Origin: Trichomonas gallinae
Taxonomy: Eukaryota
NCBI GenBank assembly: GCA_008369845.1
Contig: MRSU01008374.1
Location: 1 to 54,721, forward strand
Reading direction: 5' to 3'
DNA length: 54,721 bases
Shown: positions 9,049 to 19,933 of the stretch, piece by piece
Layout: each line of letters opens with the position of its first letter
Position numbering within the stretch: position 1 is the stretch's first letter
The notes under the pieces: generated by a model
Database searches by the model: none
The model's input: the letters and a program-made list of their open reading frames with translations, nothing else
Told to the model about the DNA's origin: nothing
Program-made: the position numbers and the translations under genes

Positions 9049-9997
9049 ATGCATTTAAAAATAATTCCTATAAATTCTATATACTATTAACGGAATCAGC
9101 CCATCTTATTTTGAAACAGGAAGCAGTTATTTATTCAAATATCCATGTGAATCGCATGAAATTTGTTATCGATATAATTTTAGTTTGAAATCTGGGCAGT
9201 ACTTCTTTCAGGCATGGGGAGCTCAGGGTGGCCCCAATCGAAAAGGTTTAGAAGGAGGAAAGGGTGGTTATGTATTTGGCCAAACTTTCCTTCACAAAAT
9301 GTTAAAGATTTCCATCGAAATAGGAGCCTCAGGTCTCGTTGAATCCCCTTTCTTCACATATGGTAATGGAGGAAGAGGAAGCCTTCACAATCCAAACGAA
9401 GTATCTGAGAATTGTGGAGCATCAGGTGGTGGAGCGACATCAGTTTATGCTTCAAATAATGATCGCATACTTGTAGCAGGTGGTGGAGCGGGAAGTGCTT
9501 ACTATTATGACCACATTAAAGGCGGGAACGCTGGTGGCCTTGTCGCAGAGCCAGGCAAAGAAGTCCACAAACTCGAGCATGTACCTTTAATTGGATGCGG
9601 TGGCAATTTTAATGATTCAATTCAAAAAAATTGCAACAATGATTTTGATGATAAAGGAAATTATTGGGTATCTGGTGGGGGAGGTGTTTATATACCTGGT
9701 GGAAGAGGTACAACAGTCAACACTGGAGTTTCTTCTGGTGGTGGAGGGTCGTCATTCCTTTCCGGCTACGGTCCATGCCAAATTGTAAATCACATGAAAT
9801 TCGTGAATGGTGAAATAAAAGGAGGAAATGAACAATTTGTTTCACCTTATTCTTCCGTAAATGAAACAGGCCATACAGGAAATGGGGCTTTTCTCCTCAC
9901 TGTTGTTAGTGTTTTAGATCCACCAACAGAAAATATTTCTCAATTTTTCTCATATTTTGTTCCTCTTGTAATACATCCATCTATTTCGTTTGATTAA
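9049..9997 (+). pseudogene. Glycine-rich (loricrin/PE-PGRS-like, ALK/LTK Gly-rich-domain-like) protein gene with an apparent +1 frameshift near the start
   Basis: Family motifs FKYPC..C.RY..L..G.Y.F.AWGAQGG, GGKGGY, SGGGATS, RILVAGGGAG, SGGGGSSFLSG and GHTGNG lie in one frame open from 9074. The only nearby ATG (9049) is in another frame. Removing one A at 9072-9074 gives MHLKIIPIILYTING..., a plausible signal peptide. Confidence 0.7.
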
Positions 9998-10266
9998 TGT
10001 GTTTTTATGACATTTAACTAATAAATATTCCAAAATATTAGACAATTAATTTCACTCATATATATTTAATCTAAATCGCAATCAGTGAGCGAGATCACAT
10101 ACAAAAGTAAAAAGTGAATTTTAACAATAAACAATAAAAACAACAAAAATAAAAAAATTCTGGACAAATAATACAAAAACAAAAATTTGATGATTGTCAA
10201 TGTAGAGTTGAAATGATTAAGTTTGGAATAATTAGATTTGTCCAGTATTAAACAAAAAAATTGAAA

Positions 10267-12225
10267 TTATTTCAAATCTTCGTAAACAATGTGGATCTGC
10301 TTGGTTGCATTCTCTTTGAGTCTTGATTCAACGTGTATTTCTAGGAGCATAGGAATCTCACTCCAAGACTGCATCAACAAAGAGAATGTTTTAACGTTAA
10401 AAGCATTCTGGGCATATAATACTCTTGCTTTCGTTTTCTTGAGGACTTCAACGACAGCTTTGATATCTTGAATCTTGGTATACGATGTCCTCAGCGTGTA
10501 CAAATCAGACACGTACTGAGAGAGCTCCCTTATCAGGCCGAAATTGATGTAGTCCAAGTCCAAGTATCTCAGACCTTTGACAGATTTCAGCAATTCGATC
10601 AAAGGCTTAGATTTGTTGTCGCTAAGATTATCACTGAGCATCAGCTTCGTGACGCGCGTTTTTCCTGACGACAGAACTTCTTCTTTTGTGTTGTGGAACA
10701 TCTGGTTCACGCTGACATCGAGTTCGTCGAAAGACATGTTGCCTGTAGACAAAAGAGTAATTAACGCGCAAGTCGATCTCTTAGCGAGTTTGCATTCCGA
10801 CAGTCGCAGTGTTGTGATTTTGCTTTGGCTCTGCGAGAGATTAATCAAGAATATCTCGCCGATTGAATCCGAGACTTCGTTGTTGGTGAGCGAAAGGAAT
10901 TTTAGAGTTTTAGACTCAGCGCATGCGATTAAAAATGACGGGCTCGTGAATGTCATTTGGTTATAGGAAACATCGAAATACTCAAGTTTTTTGACAATGT
11001 TTTCAACTTTCTGTAGTTGAGGAAATTCGAGACCGGAGTTTGCGAGAACCAGTGTTTTCAAGTTCATATCCATGAAGCACTGCATGTTCATCTTCTTTAG
11101 GTGATGGTTAGCGAAATATAAATGATTTACATTGCCCGAGACTTTTTTGAAAAGTTGCTCAGCCATCGGACCGGATAAGTCTGGATCCGAATTTTTGTGG
11201 ATGACTTGTGCTGATAAGTCCCACCACGAAGTGTTTGGTTCCTGGAGGGCCATGCGTATATTTGACACTGTTGCATCGTCCCAGTGCAAAGCCCTGATGC
11301 TGACAAAACTCGATTTTATCAATGGTACGTGTGCCAATTCATTCGCACAAGGAGCGAAGAAATTTCCATCGAAAGCAATGCCAATGAGTTTCGATTGCAA
11401 GCTGCATTCTATTAATTCTTTAATTCCTGTGCCTCCTATGGAATTTAATCCAATATCTAAGTATTTTAGCGAATTTAATTGATTATTTTTGATATATTCT
11501 GAAAGAATCTGGCATCCTTTATTGCCAATCCTATTATCACGAAGCGAAATGTATACTGCACTGGAATTTGGCAAAAATCTTATCAATTGCTCAACATGAA
11601 TTGGTTTTAATTTGCATTTCACGATTGATAGCTTAATAACGTGTGGATTAAGAAAAGGTTCAATTGTGTCGCCTACATCTATGTTGTGCAGGTATAAAAC
11701 TTTAATATTTGGAAAGTTTACGTAAAAGTCGTAATTTTTTGATTCAATAACTGTGCAATTGTTAATGACAAATGGTGACTGTGCATAGTTGTGAGATACT
11801 TTAATAAGATTATTCGCTAATTTTGCAATTGGATTTTGTTCTTCATAATTGTAAAGGTCAAGGAATGGGTTTAATAAGTTTGTATTCTGATAAATGAGTT
11901 GTATTTTATCTGCGAGTACTTCATATCCGAAATACTTGATAATTAAGTCTGGATCTAATCTGGCCAGTGGCACGTGGTCAATCAGATATGAAATCATATA
12001 AAAAGGTACTTTTTTCAAAACAAATTCTGGAATATTTTTCAAGTTTTGTGCTACGAATGGTACTATATACTGAAATAACGAATCAATTCCTAAATCTAGG
12101 ACGCAATCAAGTATTTCTAAAGCTTCTATTTCGTTAAGTTCAGGATATTTACCATCAGTATCGAATTTTTCAACATAACTGAATATTTTTTGCACAATAT
12201 TTGATGGATGTGAAATACATAACAT
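10267..12225 (-). CDS. Leucine-rich repeat protein (RI-like LRRs) with Skp1/BTB-like N-terminal helix
   Basis: ISLRDNRIGNKGC, LKYLDIGLNSIGGTGI, LEYFDVSYN, LKFLSLTNN. N-terminal EALEILDCVLDLGIDSLFQYIVPFVA. The track's GTG start lies within an AAAGTGAC motif, so ATG 12225 is preferred. Confidence 0.85.
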   Translation of the reverse strand: MLCISHPSNIVQKIFSYVEKFDTDGKYPELNEIEALEILDCVLDLGIDSLFQYIVPFVAQNLKNIPEFVLKKVPFYMISYLIDHVPLARLDPDLIIKYFGYEVLADKIQLIYQNTNLLNPFLDLYNYEEQNPIAKLANNLIKVSHNYAQSPFVINNCTVIESKNYDFYVNFPNIKVLYLHNIDVGDTIEPFLNPHVIKLSIVKCKLKPIHVEQLIRFLPNSSAVYISLRDNRIGNKGCQILSEYIKNNQLNSLKYLDIGLNSIGGTGIKELIECSLQSKLIGIAFDGNFFAPCANELAHVPLIKSSFVSIRALHWDDATVSNIRMALQEPNTSWWDLSAQVIHKNSDPDLSGPMAEQLFKKVSGNVNHLYFANHHLKKMNMQCFMDMNLKTLVLANSGLEFPQLQKVENIVKKLEYFDVSYNQMTFTSPSFLIACAESKTLKFLSLTNNEVSDSIGEIFLINLSQSQSKITTLRLSECKLAKRSTCALITLLSTGNMSFDELDVSVNQMFHNTKEEVLSSGKTRVTKLMLSDNLSDNKSKPLIELLKSVKGLRYLDLDYINFGLIRELSQYVSDLYTLRTSYTKIQDIKAVVEVLKKTKARVLYAQNAFNVKTFSLLMQSWSEIPMLLEIHVESRLKENATKQIHIVYEDLK

Positions 12226-12226
12226 T

Positions 12227-12234
12227 GTCACTTT
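12227..12234 (-). promoter_or_regulatory. M2-like core promoter motif AAAGTGAC
   Basis: AAAGTGAC in sense orientation just upstream of ATG 12225. The same motif sits in sense orientation before ATG 17919 (17944-17951), ATG 23781 (23787-23794) and ATG 52973 (52954-52961). Confidence 0.65.
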
Positions 12235-12725
12235 TAGATTTACATGTCAAAAATCAATTTAATATGTCAGAAATATTATTTTATCATTTATATTCCATTT
12301 GCACATAGCGATTCATCTATATAATCGAGTTGCACGATCAAAACATAATTTTTAATAATTTGATAAAAATGAATAACGAGATTTGGATGTTTTTATTAAT
12401 GAATTAAGAATTTTCAGGAGATCTAGATTTTTAAAATAGTTTTCGAAATCCTAAAATTAAGAATATTTTTTTGGAAAAATGTAAATCGTATTTTTTTGAT
12501 TTCAAATCAAAATTACAAATTCTTTATATGCTGAAATATTTATTTTCAAATTCGAAATATGTTATATATGATTTATTTATTGAGAAAAAGTGAAAATAAG
12601 ATTAAATTTTCCATCCCCTCATTAATTTTTCATGCCCCTAATTTACTATCCAATTAAAATTAAAAACACAATAAATATATAGCGAAGATTCAACATTTAT
12701 AAAAAACGTATCAAAAAAAACCTGA

Positions 12726-15700
12726 ATGTTTTTGCCGCGTCGAATTGCAACAGCAGCGAGTGGCATCGTGGCATCATCAAAGCAACTTATTTCGTCAAAC
12801 TCCGAGTACTTCATGTACGGAACCAAATTTTGCCTCTACTTCTATAAATTACCTGAAATGGTTTTGTTTGATACAATTTCTCGATCAGAAGACCCGTTTA
12901 AGATAACAAGACTTTCGCCTACGAATAAAGATATGGTGTTCTGCTTTACAAGAACTTGCAAATTGATGCTTTATGACCTAAAAAGTCATCAAATTATTCA
13001 TGTTAATTCAGATTTAGACAAAAAACTTAAGTCAGCGGAATTCAGTATCGATGGTAAATTTATTTATTGCTGTTTTTCAGACACATCAATCCTTCTCTCT
13101 TATAATGTTCAAGATTATTCGTATTCATACATTGGCGTTTCTATTTCATCACCGAGAATGTTTGTTCCAATTCCATCGATGCCAGGAATGTTATTGTTTG
13201 CATACAAAGGCGATGGTTTTGTTTTTGTTAATGCAGAAACAGGAGCAACATCAGATACTAACATTATCACAAGTCCTTATGCAATTAAATTCGATCCACT
13301 GAACTTAAATAACTGTTTATTAATCACAAAACTCAAGAAATGGGCTTATATAATTCTTCAACCAAGACCGCGAATTATTACAACGTGCGATCGTCAAGAG
13401 ATACAAATGAGCAGTGGTGATTGGATCCCTGCGATGCCTGGACACATCATTACCGGAGATAAAAATCATGGAATTATTTATATTTGGTCTGTCTCAAGTG
13501 GTGCGATGGTATATTCACAGACAATCGGAGACAGCGCTATTACCAACATTACACGCATTTCGAACAAAGATTTCGTTATCGCATTCGAAGATGGCATGAT
13601 CGGCCAATATGACGTCAACACAAAGCAGATGGAAGTCAAAGTTCCACGTGCGCACATTAATACTGTCTTTGCTGCAAACTTTTTGCCAACAGATCCGAAT
13701 ATTCTTGCAACTGCCGGTGGAGATGGAAGAGTCTGTTTCTGGCAGCTCCCCAACCTCCGCCAGATGCAAGGTTTTACTCTGGAAGAGAACAAACACAGCC
13801 TCTACTCAATGTCAATTTCGTGGGGCGGAGGATATATTGCGACAGGAAACTCTAAAGGTGACATTTGCATTTATTCAACAAAAACTAACAAACTATTCTA
13901 TAAGGTCCGCCTGCACAGTGCCAACGTCATGAGCTTGCAGTGGTCGCCAACGAAGCCGAATATTATTGCTTCTGCCGGCCAGGACAACCAAGCTTTCATC
14001 TACGACATCATGTCGAAAAACGTCGTTGTCAAAATCACAGTGAAATACGAATTCAGGCATCTCCAGTGGTCCAAAAAGAACGACACGTTGGCTATTGCCT
14101 GCGGTGATGGCTCTCTTTATGTTAGAATGGATGGTGGATCATATTTCATCATCAAAGGATCAAAAGTTCCACTTTTTGATGTCCAATGGTCACCAAATGA
14201 TGAAAATTTTGTTGCTTCGACAGATGATGACGGCGACATCCTCGTTTTCGATGTAGCAAACAAGAACTGCATCAAAGCGCACGGACACAAAGGCCCAGCG
14301 AGATGTGTCGCATGGGTAGAGAACCAGCCAGACTTGCTTCTTTCTGGTGGATACGATGGACGAGTTGTTTTCTGGAACGCGAAGACAATGACACAATTAA
14401 CGAGCGTTGTGATGCACTCAGGACACATATACGGCATTGCAATGCATCCTTTATATCCAGAGATGTTTGCCACTATTTCATACGACTGCACAGTCAGACT
14501 GTGGAGTATCGAGCAAGCTTATCCAACCAAGAAGCTCGAAGAACTAATGTCAGGTGAGAATTACGCAATATCTAAATACTGCAACTACAACGGAGTCTCT
14601 GCACTTGAAAAACTATTGCACAGAGTCACAAAGGACGGAACAAGACTGTCATTCAAAGATGACGATGTTATTCATATCAGAGATGTTCTGAGAATCGCAA
14701 AGAAACGTGTGCAAAAACTAACACAAGCATTACCGTCAGAACAGTCACAAATCATGCGCTCAAAGAACGCGAGAAAAACGGCGATGGAAGCAGCTGAGTT
14801 AGCTTTAAAGAGCGGTCATCCCAAGAAGTACTGCGAGCTGATGTTCATCTGCGGCGAATTTGACATGGCATTGTCTGTTGCACCAAGTGTTTCATATAAC
14901 TTCTGGCAAACACTTGTTTCTGCACGCGCTGCAATGTTGAAAGGATCCCAAGAAGCTGCTGACTTGCTGATTATCGCTGGGAAGCCTTTAGATGCAATCA
15001 ATGAGCTCATATCGCAGGACTGCTATGATGCTGCATTACTTGTTGCATCAGCGATGAGAGAACAAACGTTTTCGCCGACATCTAAAATCGAGTTTTCGCC
15101 GAGTGAAGGTGACACAGATTTTGATTTTATCAAGGAAGATTTCGACAGCAGTGATTTCCTTGTTTACAACATTGCGTCACAGAAATCACGTCAGCTGGCT
15201 CTAGAAGGACAGCCTTTCCTTGCTGCAGCTGCTCTTCTTTCTATTGGCGATGTCGTTGGATGCATCTGGAGATTAATACACGCGGGAGAACTAGGCTGGG
15301 CATATCAAATTGCGAAACTGACAGACAAAATGACAGATGATATCTCAGAGTTATTCTTCAAGTGGTGCTGCAAGTACGGGCATGGTCAAAAAGCATTCAG
15401 CAATTTATCACCAGTAATGAAACGTTCTTTCGCTCCTTACATGAAGATAACAGGTGACTCAGAGTTAAACAAGTTCTACGAAAAGAACGGAATGAAAAAA
15501 GTATCAGAATATTTGTCAGAAGCCAAGCATAGCCGCGGACTTCCACAGGCAGCATTCATGGTCCTCGCTGGCAGAGTCGATGAAGCAATACAAACAGCAG
15601 TTTCAACAGCAAAACAGATAATGTCTAAGCCAGATTTCGACTACATGCAACTCAAACATGTTGTTACTTTTATCACAAATGCAGCAACACAATGCGACAT

Positions 15701-16223
15701 AACACAGCCACACTGGGTTTGCGCTGTAGCTATTTGCCACTACTTCGGCGCATACAAGGCTTTCTGGAGGGGCTTCCACAAGATATTACCGATGCTTGCT
15801 CAAGCTTTCGAAGACGTCGCGAACAAAAGTGGAGAAGATTATCTAAAGGGAAAAATAGAAGAAGTCAATTTGCTTGCTTCTCTCAGTTTGGCGACACACG
15901 TTGAGCATTTCAACAAGTTCGTTCAGAGCAAGAACCTCACTGAAAACGCAGCAATTAAAGCAGCAAGTGAAATAGTTAAAAAAGGCGACATAAAAACTTT
16001 CGTTGGCGGAACAACTGTTATGCCGGCCTCTCCTGGCGTTGTTCCTGTTGACATTGATGCTCTAAGTGACACTCTTTCGTTCTGGACTGGAAAGAGAATC
16101 AGTGGAAACGCGATTCTTCTTGATGACAAAAAATCAATGCTTTCCGTCGAAATGGGATTAATGTATGGCCTTGTCACTCCATTCTCACCTTTACCATCAG
16201 CATCTCTCTTCTTCCCATTCTAA
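12726..16223 (+). CDS. WDR17: WD40-repeat protein, WDR17 homolog
   Basis: Many WD40 repeats in the N-terminal half. YCELMFICGEFDMALSVAPSVSYNFW and the C-terminal LSVEMGLMYGLVTPFSPL...FFPF match my recollection of WDR17 segments (YCELMVELGEWDKALSIAPGVS..YW; ALMWAKVNPFSPL...NPF). Confidence 0.8.
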   Translation: MFLPRRIATAASGIVASSKQLISSNSEYFMYGTKFCLYFYKLPEMVLFDTISRSEDPFKITRLSPTNKDMVFCFTRTCKLMLYDLKSHQIIHVNSDLDKKLKSAEFSIDGKFIYCCFSDTSILLSYNVQDYSYSYIGVSISSPRMFVPIPSMPGMLLFAYKGDGFVFVNAETGATSDTNIITSPYAIKFDPLNLNNCLLITKLKKWAYIILQPRPRIITTCDRQEIQMSSGDWIPAMPGHIITGDKNHGIIYIWSVSSGAMVYSQTIGDSAITNITRISNKDFVIAFEDGMIGQYDVNTKQMEVKVPRAHINTVFAANFLPTDPNILATAGGDGRVCFWQLPNLRQMQGFTLEENKHSLYSMSISWGGGYIATGNSKGDICIYSTKTNKLFYKVRLHSANVMSLQWSPTKPNIIASAGQDNQAFIYDIMSKNVVVKITVKYEFRHLQWSKKNDTLAIACGDGSLYVRMDGGSYFIIKGSKVPLFDVQWSPNDENFVASTDDDGDILVFDVANKNCIKAHGHKGPARCVAWVENQPDLLLSGGYDGRVVFWNAKTMTQLTSVVMHSGHIYGIAMHPLYPEMFATISYDCTVRLWSIEQAYPTKKLEELMSGENYAISKYCNYNGVSALEKLLHRVTKDGTRLSFKDDDVIHIRDVLRIAKKRVQKLTQALPSEQSQIMRSKNARKTAMEAAELALKSGHPKKYCELMFICGEFDMALSVAPSVSYNFWQTLVSARAAMLKGSQEAADLLIIAGKPLDAINELISQDCYDAALLVASAMREQTFSPTSKIEFSPSEGDTDFDFIKEDFDSSDFLVYNIASQKSRQLALEGQPFLAAAALLSIGDVVGCIWRLIHAGELGWAYQIAKLTDKMTDDISELFFKWCCKYGHGQKAFSNLSPVMKRSFAPYMKITGDSELNKFYEKNGMKKVSEYLSEAKHSRGLPQAAFMVLAGRVDEAIQTAVSTAKQIMSKPDFDYMQLKHVVTFITNAATQCDITQPHWVCAVAICHYFGAYKAFWRGFHKILPMLAQAFEDVANKSGEDYLKGKIEEVNLLASLSLATHVEHFNKFVQSKNLTENAAIKAASEIVKKGDIKTFVGGTTVMPASPGVVPVDIDALSDTLSFWTGKRISGNAILLDDKKSMLSVEMGLMYGLVTPFSPLPSASLFFPF

Positions 16224-16581
16224 TACTATGTATTTTTATTTGTATTCATATTAAATATTGTTTTAATACTTCACATACACTATTTAGACACAATATATTC
16301 ATATAATTTAATCAAATATCTCTTATTTTATGATTTTATTCAAATTTCAATATCAAATCTAGTTTTCTATTATTATTCGATCAAATAAATCATAAATATA
16401 TAATAATTTAACGAAATTATTTCGATTAATCATATTTAAATCGTATTTTCTCTATAATTTCTCGAATAATTTAATGAAAATATTTCAATATTGCTTCAAA
16501 TGAGGAAATCACATTATATATCATTAAATTTTTCAAAATAATAAGATTTTATTAATATGAACAAAAAAACAAAGATGAAAT

Positions 16582-17919
16582 TTATTTATTTTTGATAGGA
16601 GTTTTTGATTCTCGGAAAGAAAGCATCAATGATTCTCCTTGATCATAAACTTTTGCTTCTTCAATCTGATCTAGTGTAAAATCGCCCCTTAGAAGATGTT
16701 GTTCTAAATCATCCTCAATGTGGATAATTCTTGCACCGTAGCCTATAACAAGATTCTCTCTTTCTTTGATCATAATGAATTGGCGAGATTGTGCGTGCAT
16801 CAATGCAGCGTCCATTTTCTTCTGAAGTTGGCGAACAACGAATTCTCTCTTCTTCAAGAAGTTGCGCATCTTCGGCTCGTAAAGGACTGTCTCATCAATG
16901 GCTTCTAATTCATCAGCTGCAGCTTTGCAGATAAAAGATTTATCAAAATCAAGGCGCATTGCGTAAATCTTTTGCTTTTCTCGAAGCTTCCGGATCCTGT
17001 TGTATGCTTTCATGTATTGTTTTGGTAATTCTTCCGGTGCATTTTGATCAAATTCAATTAATTCCTGTTTATTCTTTTCGTCGACTTCTTCTATGTGTTT
17101 TTTAGTTTCTTCTGCGAATTTGTCGTATTTCTGGTTCCATTCTTCGATCTTTGCGCCTGCAATTGCACATAACGAATTATGTGTATTTGCAATTTTCAAG
17201 TATCTTTGATTCTCTAGATGCCATTCTGCTCTTGCAAGCTTAATTTCTGCGGAATTCATAATCTTGGAGATTTTCTGGACTTCTAAATATCTTTCTAAAT
17301 CTAAAGCGGTTTCAAGATCAACTTGCAGCCTTTCAAGGAGTAGAGTAAGATCCTTTGGTGCAGAAGGAATGACCATAGGATGTTCTAATACCTGATCTGC
17401 AAGTTTATCTTGGCGGATTTTTCTTTTCTCGCGAGCTGTCAAGACTGGGCGTTTGTAAACTGGTTTACCAAGTGTTGTTGCTCTTGCACGAGCTGTTTTT
17501 GGTCTTGGATTAAGTTTAGGAAGCGATGATGCAGTATTTTCTTTTGGATTTTCTTTTTTAACTTCTGTTTTCGGTTGTTTTGGACGTTGAGTTGCTGGGG
17601 GAGGTGATCTTTGCCTCGAAGGCTCTTTTATTGGTATTGGCGTAACTGCTGGCTTAGTATTTTCTTGTTTTTCATTCGTATTTTCGTTTTGTGGTTTCGG
17701 TTCGCTCTTTCTGGTTTTGCCGAATCTGAGGAATCTGTCTTGTGGTATTCTAACACCAAATCTTGGATTGTAGACCATCTCGAAAGTCTGCGGCTCGTGA
17801 ACTTGTTCCTCTTTTGGTTTTTCCGCTTCATTTAGCTGTTCACGGACTTCCTCCTCTTCTTCGTGCTGTGCCTTGTCTGTGAATGTGTAGAAAATGCCAG
17901 CTTCCTGGCTTTTTTCCAT
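16582..17919 (-). CDS. Hypothetical coiled-coil protein with low-complexity K/E/P-rich N-terminus
   Basis: Long ORF with a charged helical C-half (IRKLREKQK...KAAADELE). Start placed at ATG 17919, downstream of an AAAGTGAC motif. Confidence 0.75.
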   Translation of the reverse strand: MEKSQEAGIFYTFTDKAQHEEEEEVREQLNEAEKPKEEQVHEPQTFEMVYNPRFGVRIPQDRFLRFGKTRKSEPKPQNENTNEKQENTKPAVTPIPIKEPSRQRSPPPATQRPKQPKTEVKKENPKENTASSLPKLNPRPKTARARATTLGKPVYKRPVLTAREKRKIRQDKLADQVLEHPMVIPSAPKDLTLLLERLQVDLETALDLERYLEVQKISKIMNSAEIKLARAEWHLENQRYLKIANTHNSLCAIAGAKIEEWNQKYDKFAEETKKHIEEVDEKNKQELIEFDQNAPEELPKQYMKAYNRIRKLREKQKIYAMRLDFDKSFICKAAADELEAIDETVLYEPKMRNFLKKREFVVRQLQKKMDAALMHAQSRQFIMIKERENLVIGYGARIIHIEDDLEQHLLRGDFTLDQIEEAKVYDQGESLMLSFRESKTPIKNK

Positions 17920-18729
17920 AAAATCTAGCTTACAAACGTAATTGTCACTTTTATACATGTAAACAAAAATTATCACTCGCTTTTAACCTTAAAATAAATA
18001 ATGCATTAATAGCTTAGTCAGATATATCCATAGCATCTTCATCTATAATATATATAGAAATTACTGATAAATATTTGATTATTTACTTCCACGTGGAGAT
18101 ATTTGATGTTGAAAAAATTTATTTACATGTCAGATATGAATATTTTTTGACGTTTATTAGTTTACAATGACATATTTTCATTATTTGATGCTTATCATCA
18201 ATAATATGTAGTATGATAGTTTTGTATGATAAGTGGAATATCGGTTTTAGACTGTTTTATGGATGAAAAGTTGGTTATTTGACAATTTAATTTGGTTGGT
18301 TTTAAAATCTTATTAATATTGTTAATGTAAAATAGTAAAAAGAATGAGTATTTTGTACTTGATGCGTTAATGAATATTCGTTCATATTAAAACTATCTTA
18401 TATTTATATGTTCTCCTAAATATAAACAAAAATTACATTAAAATAAGCAATACTCTTTTTGTCAAAATAATCGTCTTTTCTAGATGTTTTTGACCACAAA
18501 CTGATATAATATTTATTTTCAAATTTTGATAATGGCTTATTAAGCTTTTTGGTTATCATTTCAATAAGTAATAACTAGATAAATGATTGTAGTGATGCTG
18601 AAACGTAATCAAATAAAAATTATTTTTGAACATAATATTTAACATTAAAATGTAGAAACGTAAAGTTCTCTCTATCTGTAATTTTGAAAACTATAAGGAA
18701 TACATGTATTTAGCGTCTATTTTGTGAAA

Positions 18730-19485
18730 TTAATTTTCTTTTGGAGGTACTGGTTGAACTGGTTCTGCCGGCTTAAGAAGAGATGCGCAGTACTTCGCAA
18801 TATTGCAAGAACACCACTCAGACCACTTGGGAATTACAGAGAGATAAAGATTTCGTCCTAAAGACTGCCAAAGAACAGCCCAATCTGCCTTTCTGTACTG
18901 TGGTCTATGTGGTTGTCCAACCAATTTAACAATTTTGTTGTTTAATTCGTCATGTGTCTCACCAGATTCTTCTCCACGATGTTTTCTATCGAGAAAAACT
19001 TCGTAAGTTACTGGTTTATCTGCAGAAAACGTTTCGTTGATAAGTTCTTGTAAAATTGGGAGTGATTCGGATGATTCTGGGAATCCTGAGTACATAATTG
19101 GATAAATTTTCGAAACTTTGTTTGTAAGAGTGCCTTTACGCTCTTTGACTTCATTGAAGTACCTTTCCAATAAAACGAAAGGATCATCTTGGCTATAAGT
19201 AAAACGAATGAAAACATTGCCATTAACTTCTGATACATAAGGAAGCCATCTTTGTTTACGTGTCGTTGGCTTCTTTAACTCAGCAAGTTCTTGTTCGAGC
19301 GTCTTTTCTTCTTCTGGCTCTGCTTGCTCTTCCTCTTCTTTCAATGGATCAGCCAAACGATTCAGAACATCAGTAATTTGCCTCGTCGCCTGCTGATCTC
19401 TATTGATATCGCATGTAAAGAGCCAACCTTTGGATCCTTTTGGTGGAACAGCAAGATTTTTCCTGTTGCCTTTTTGCTTTCCCAT
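18730..19485 (-). CDS. THUMPD1: THUMP-domain protein, THUMPD1/Tan1-like (tRNA acetylation adaptor)
   Basis: Basic N-terminus MGKQKGNRK, then KGWLFTCD...ATRQ...LN, EQELAELK, VFIRF, KIYPI and C-terminal ...CNI, matching the Tan1 layout. Start at ATG 19485. Confidence 0.75.
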   Translation of the reverse strand: MGKQKGNRKNLAVPPKGSKGWLFTCDINRDQQATRQITDVLNRLADPLKEEEEQAEPEEEKTLEQELAELKKPTTRKQRWLPYVSEVNGNVFIRFTYSQDDPFVLLERYFNEVKERKGTLTNKVSKIYPIMYSGFPESSESLPILQELINETFSADKPVTYEVFLDRKHRGEESGETHDELNNKIVKLVGQPHRPQYRKADWAVLWQSLGRNLYLSVIPKWSEWCSCNIAKYCASLLKPAEPVQPVPPKEN

Positions 19486-19933
19486 TTTGGCACTTTTTTG
19501 ATACTTTACATGGCAATTTTGTACAATATCTTCTATCATAAATTAAACGACAAAATTTTATATTACATAAAACTATATCATAATATGAGATTTAATTATA
19601 ATGACAAAAAATTCTTTTACATGACAATTGTCATTTTATTATTCTAAAGAAACTAAACGACAAATTTATTTGATACAGCAAATTATATCAAAATAAGAAA
19701 TTTACTTAATATGGCACGAATTTCTTTTACATGACAAATTTTAATAATTTTATGTCAAAATTCAATATTTTCGAAAAATTAACCGAGAAAATATTCTTTT
19801 CCTATAATAATATCCAACTAATGATTTTAATTTTTTGATTTTCATTAAAGTTTTCGAAAAATCAAGATAATTATGTAAAAATTGCAAAATATTTTTCAAA
19901 ATATTTCTAAAAAATAAATTTGTAAACGAAAAA

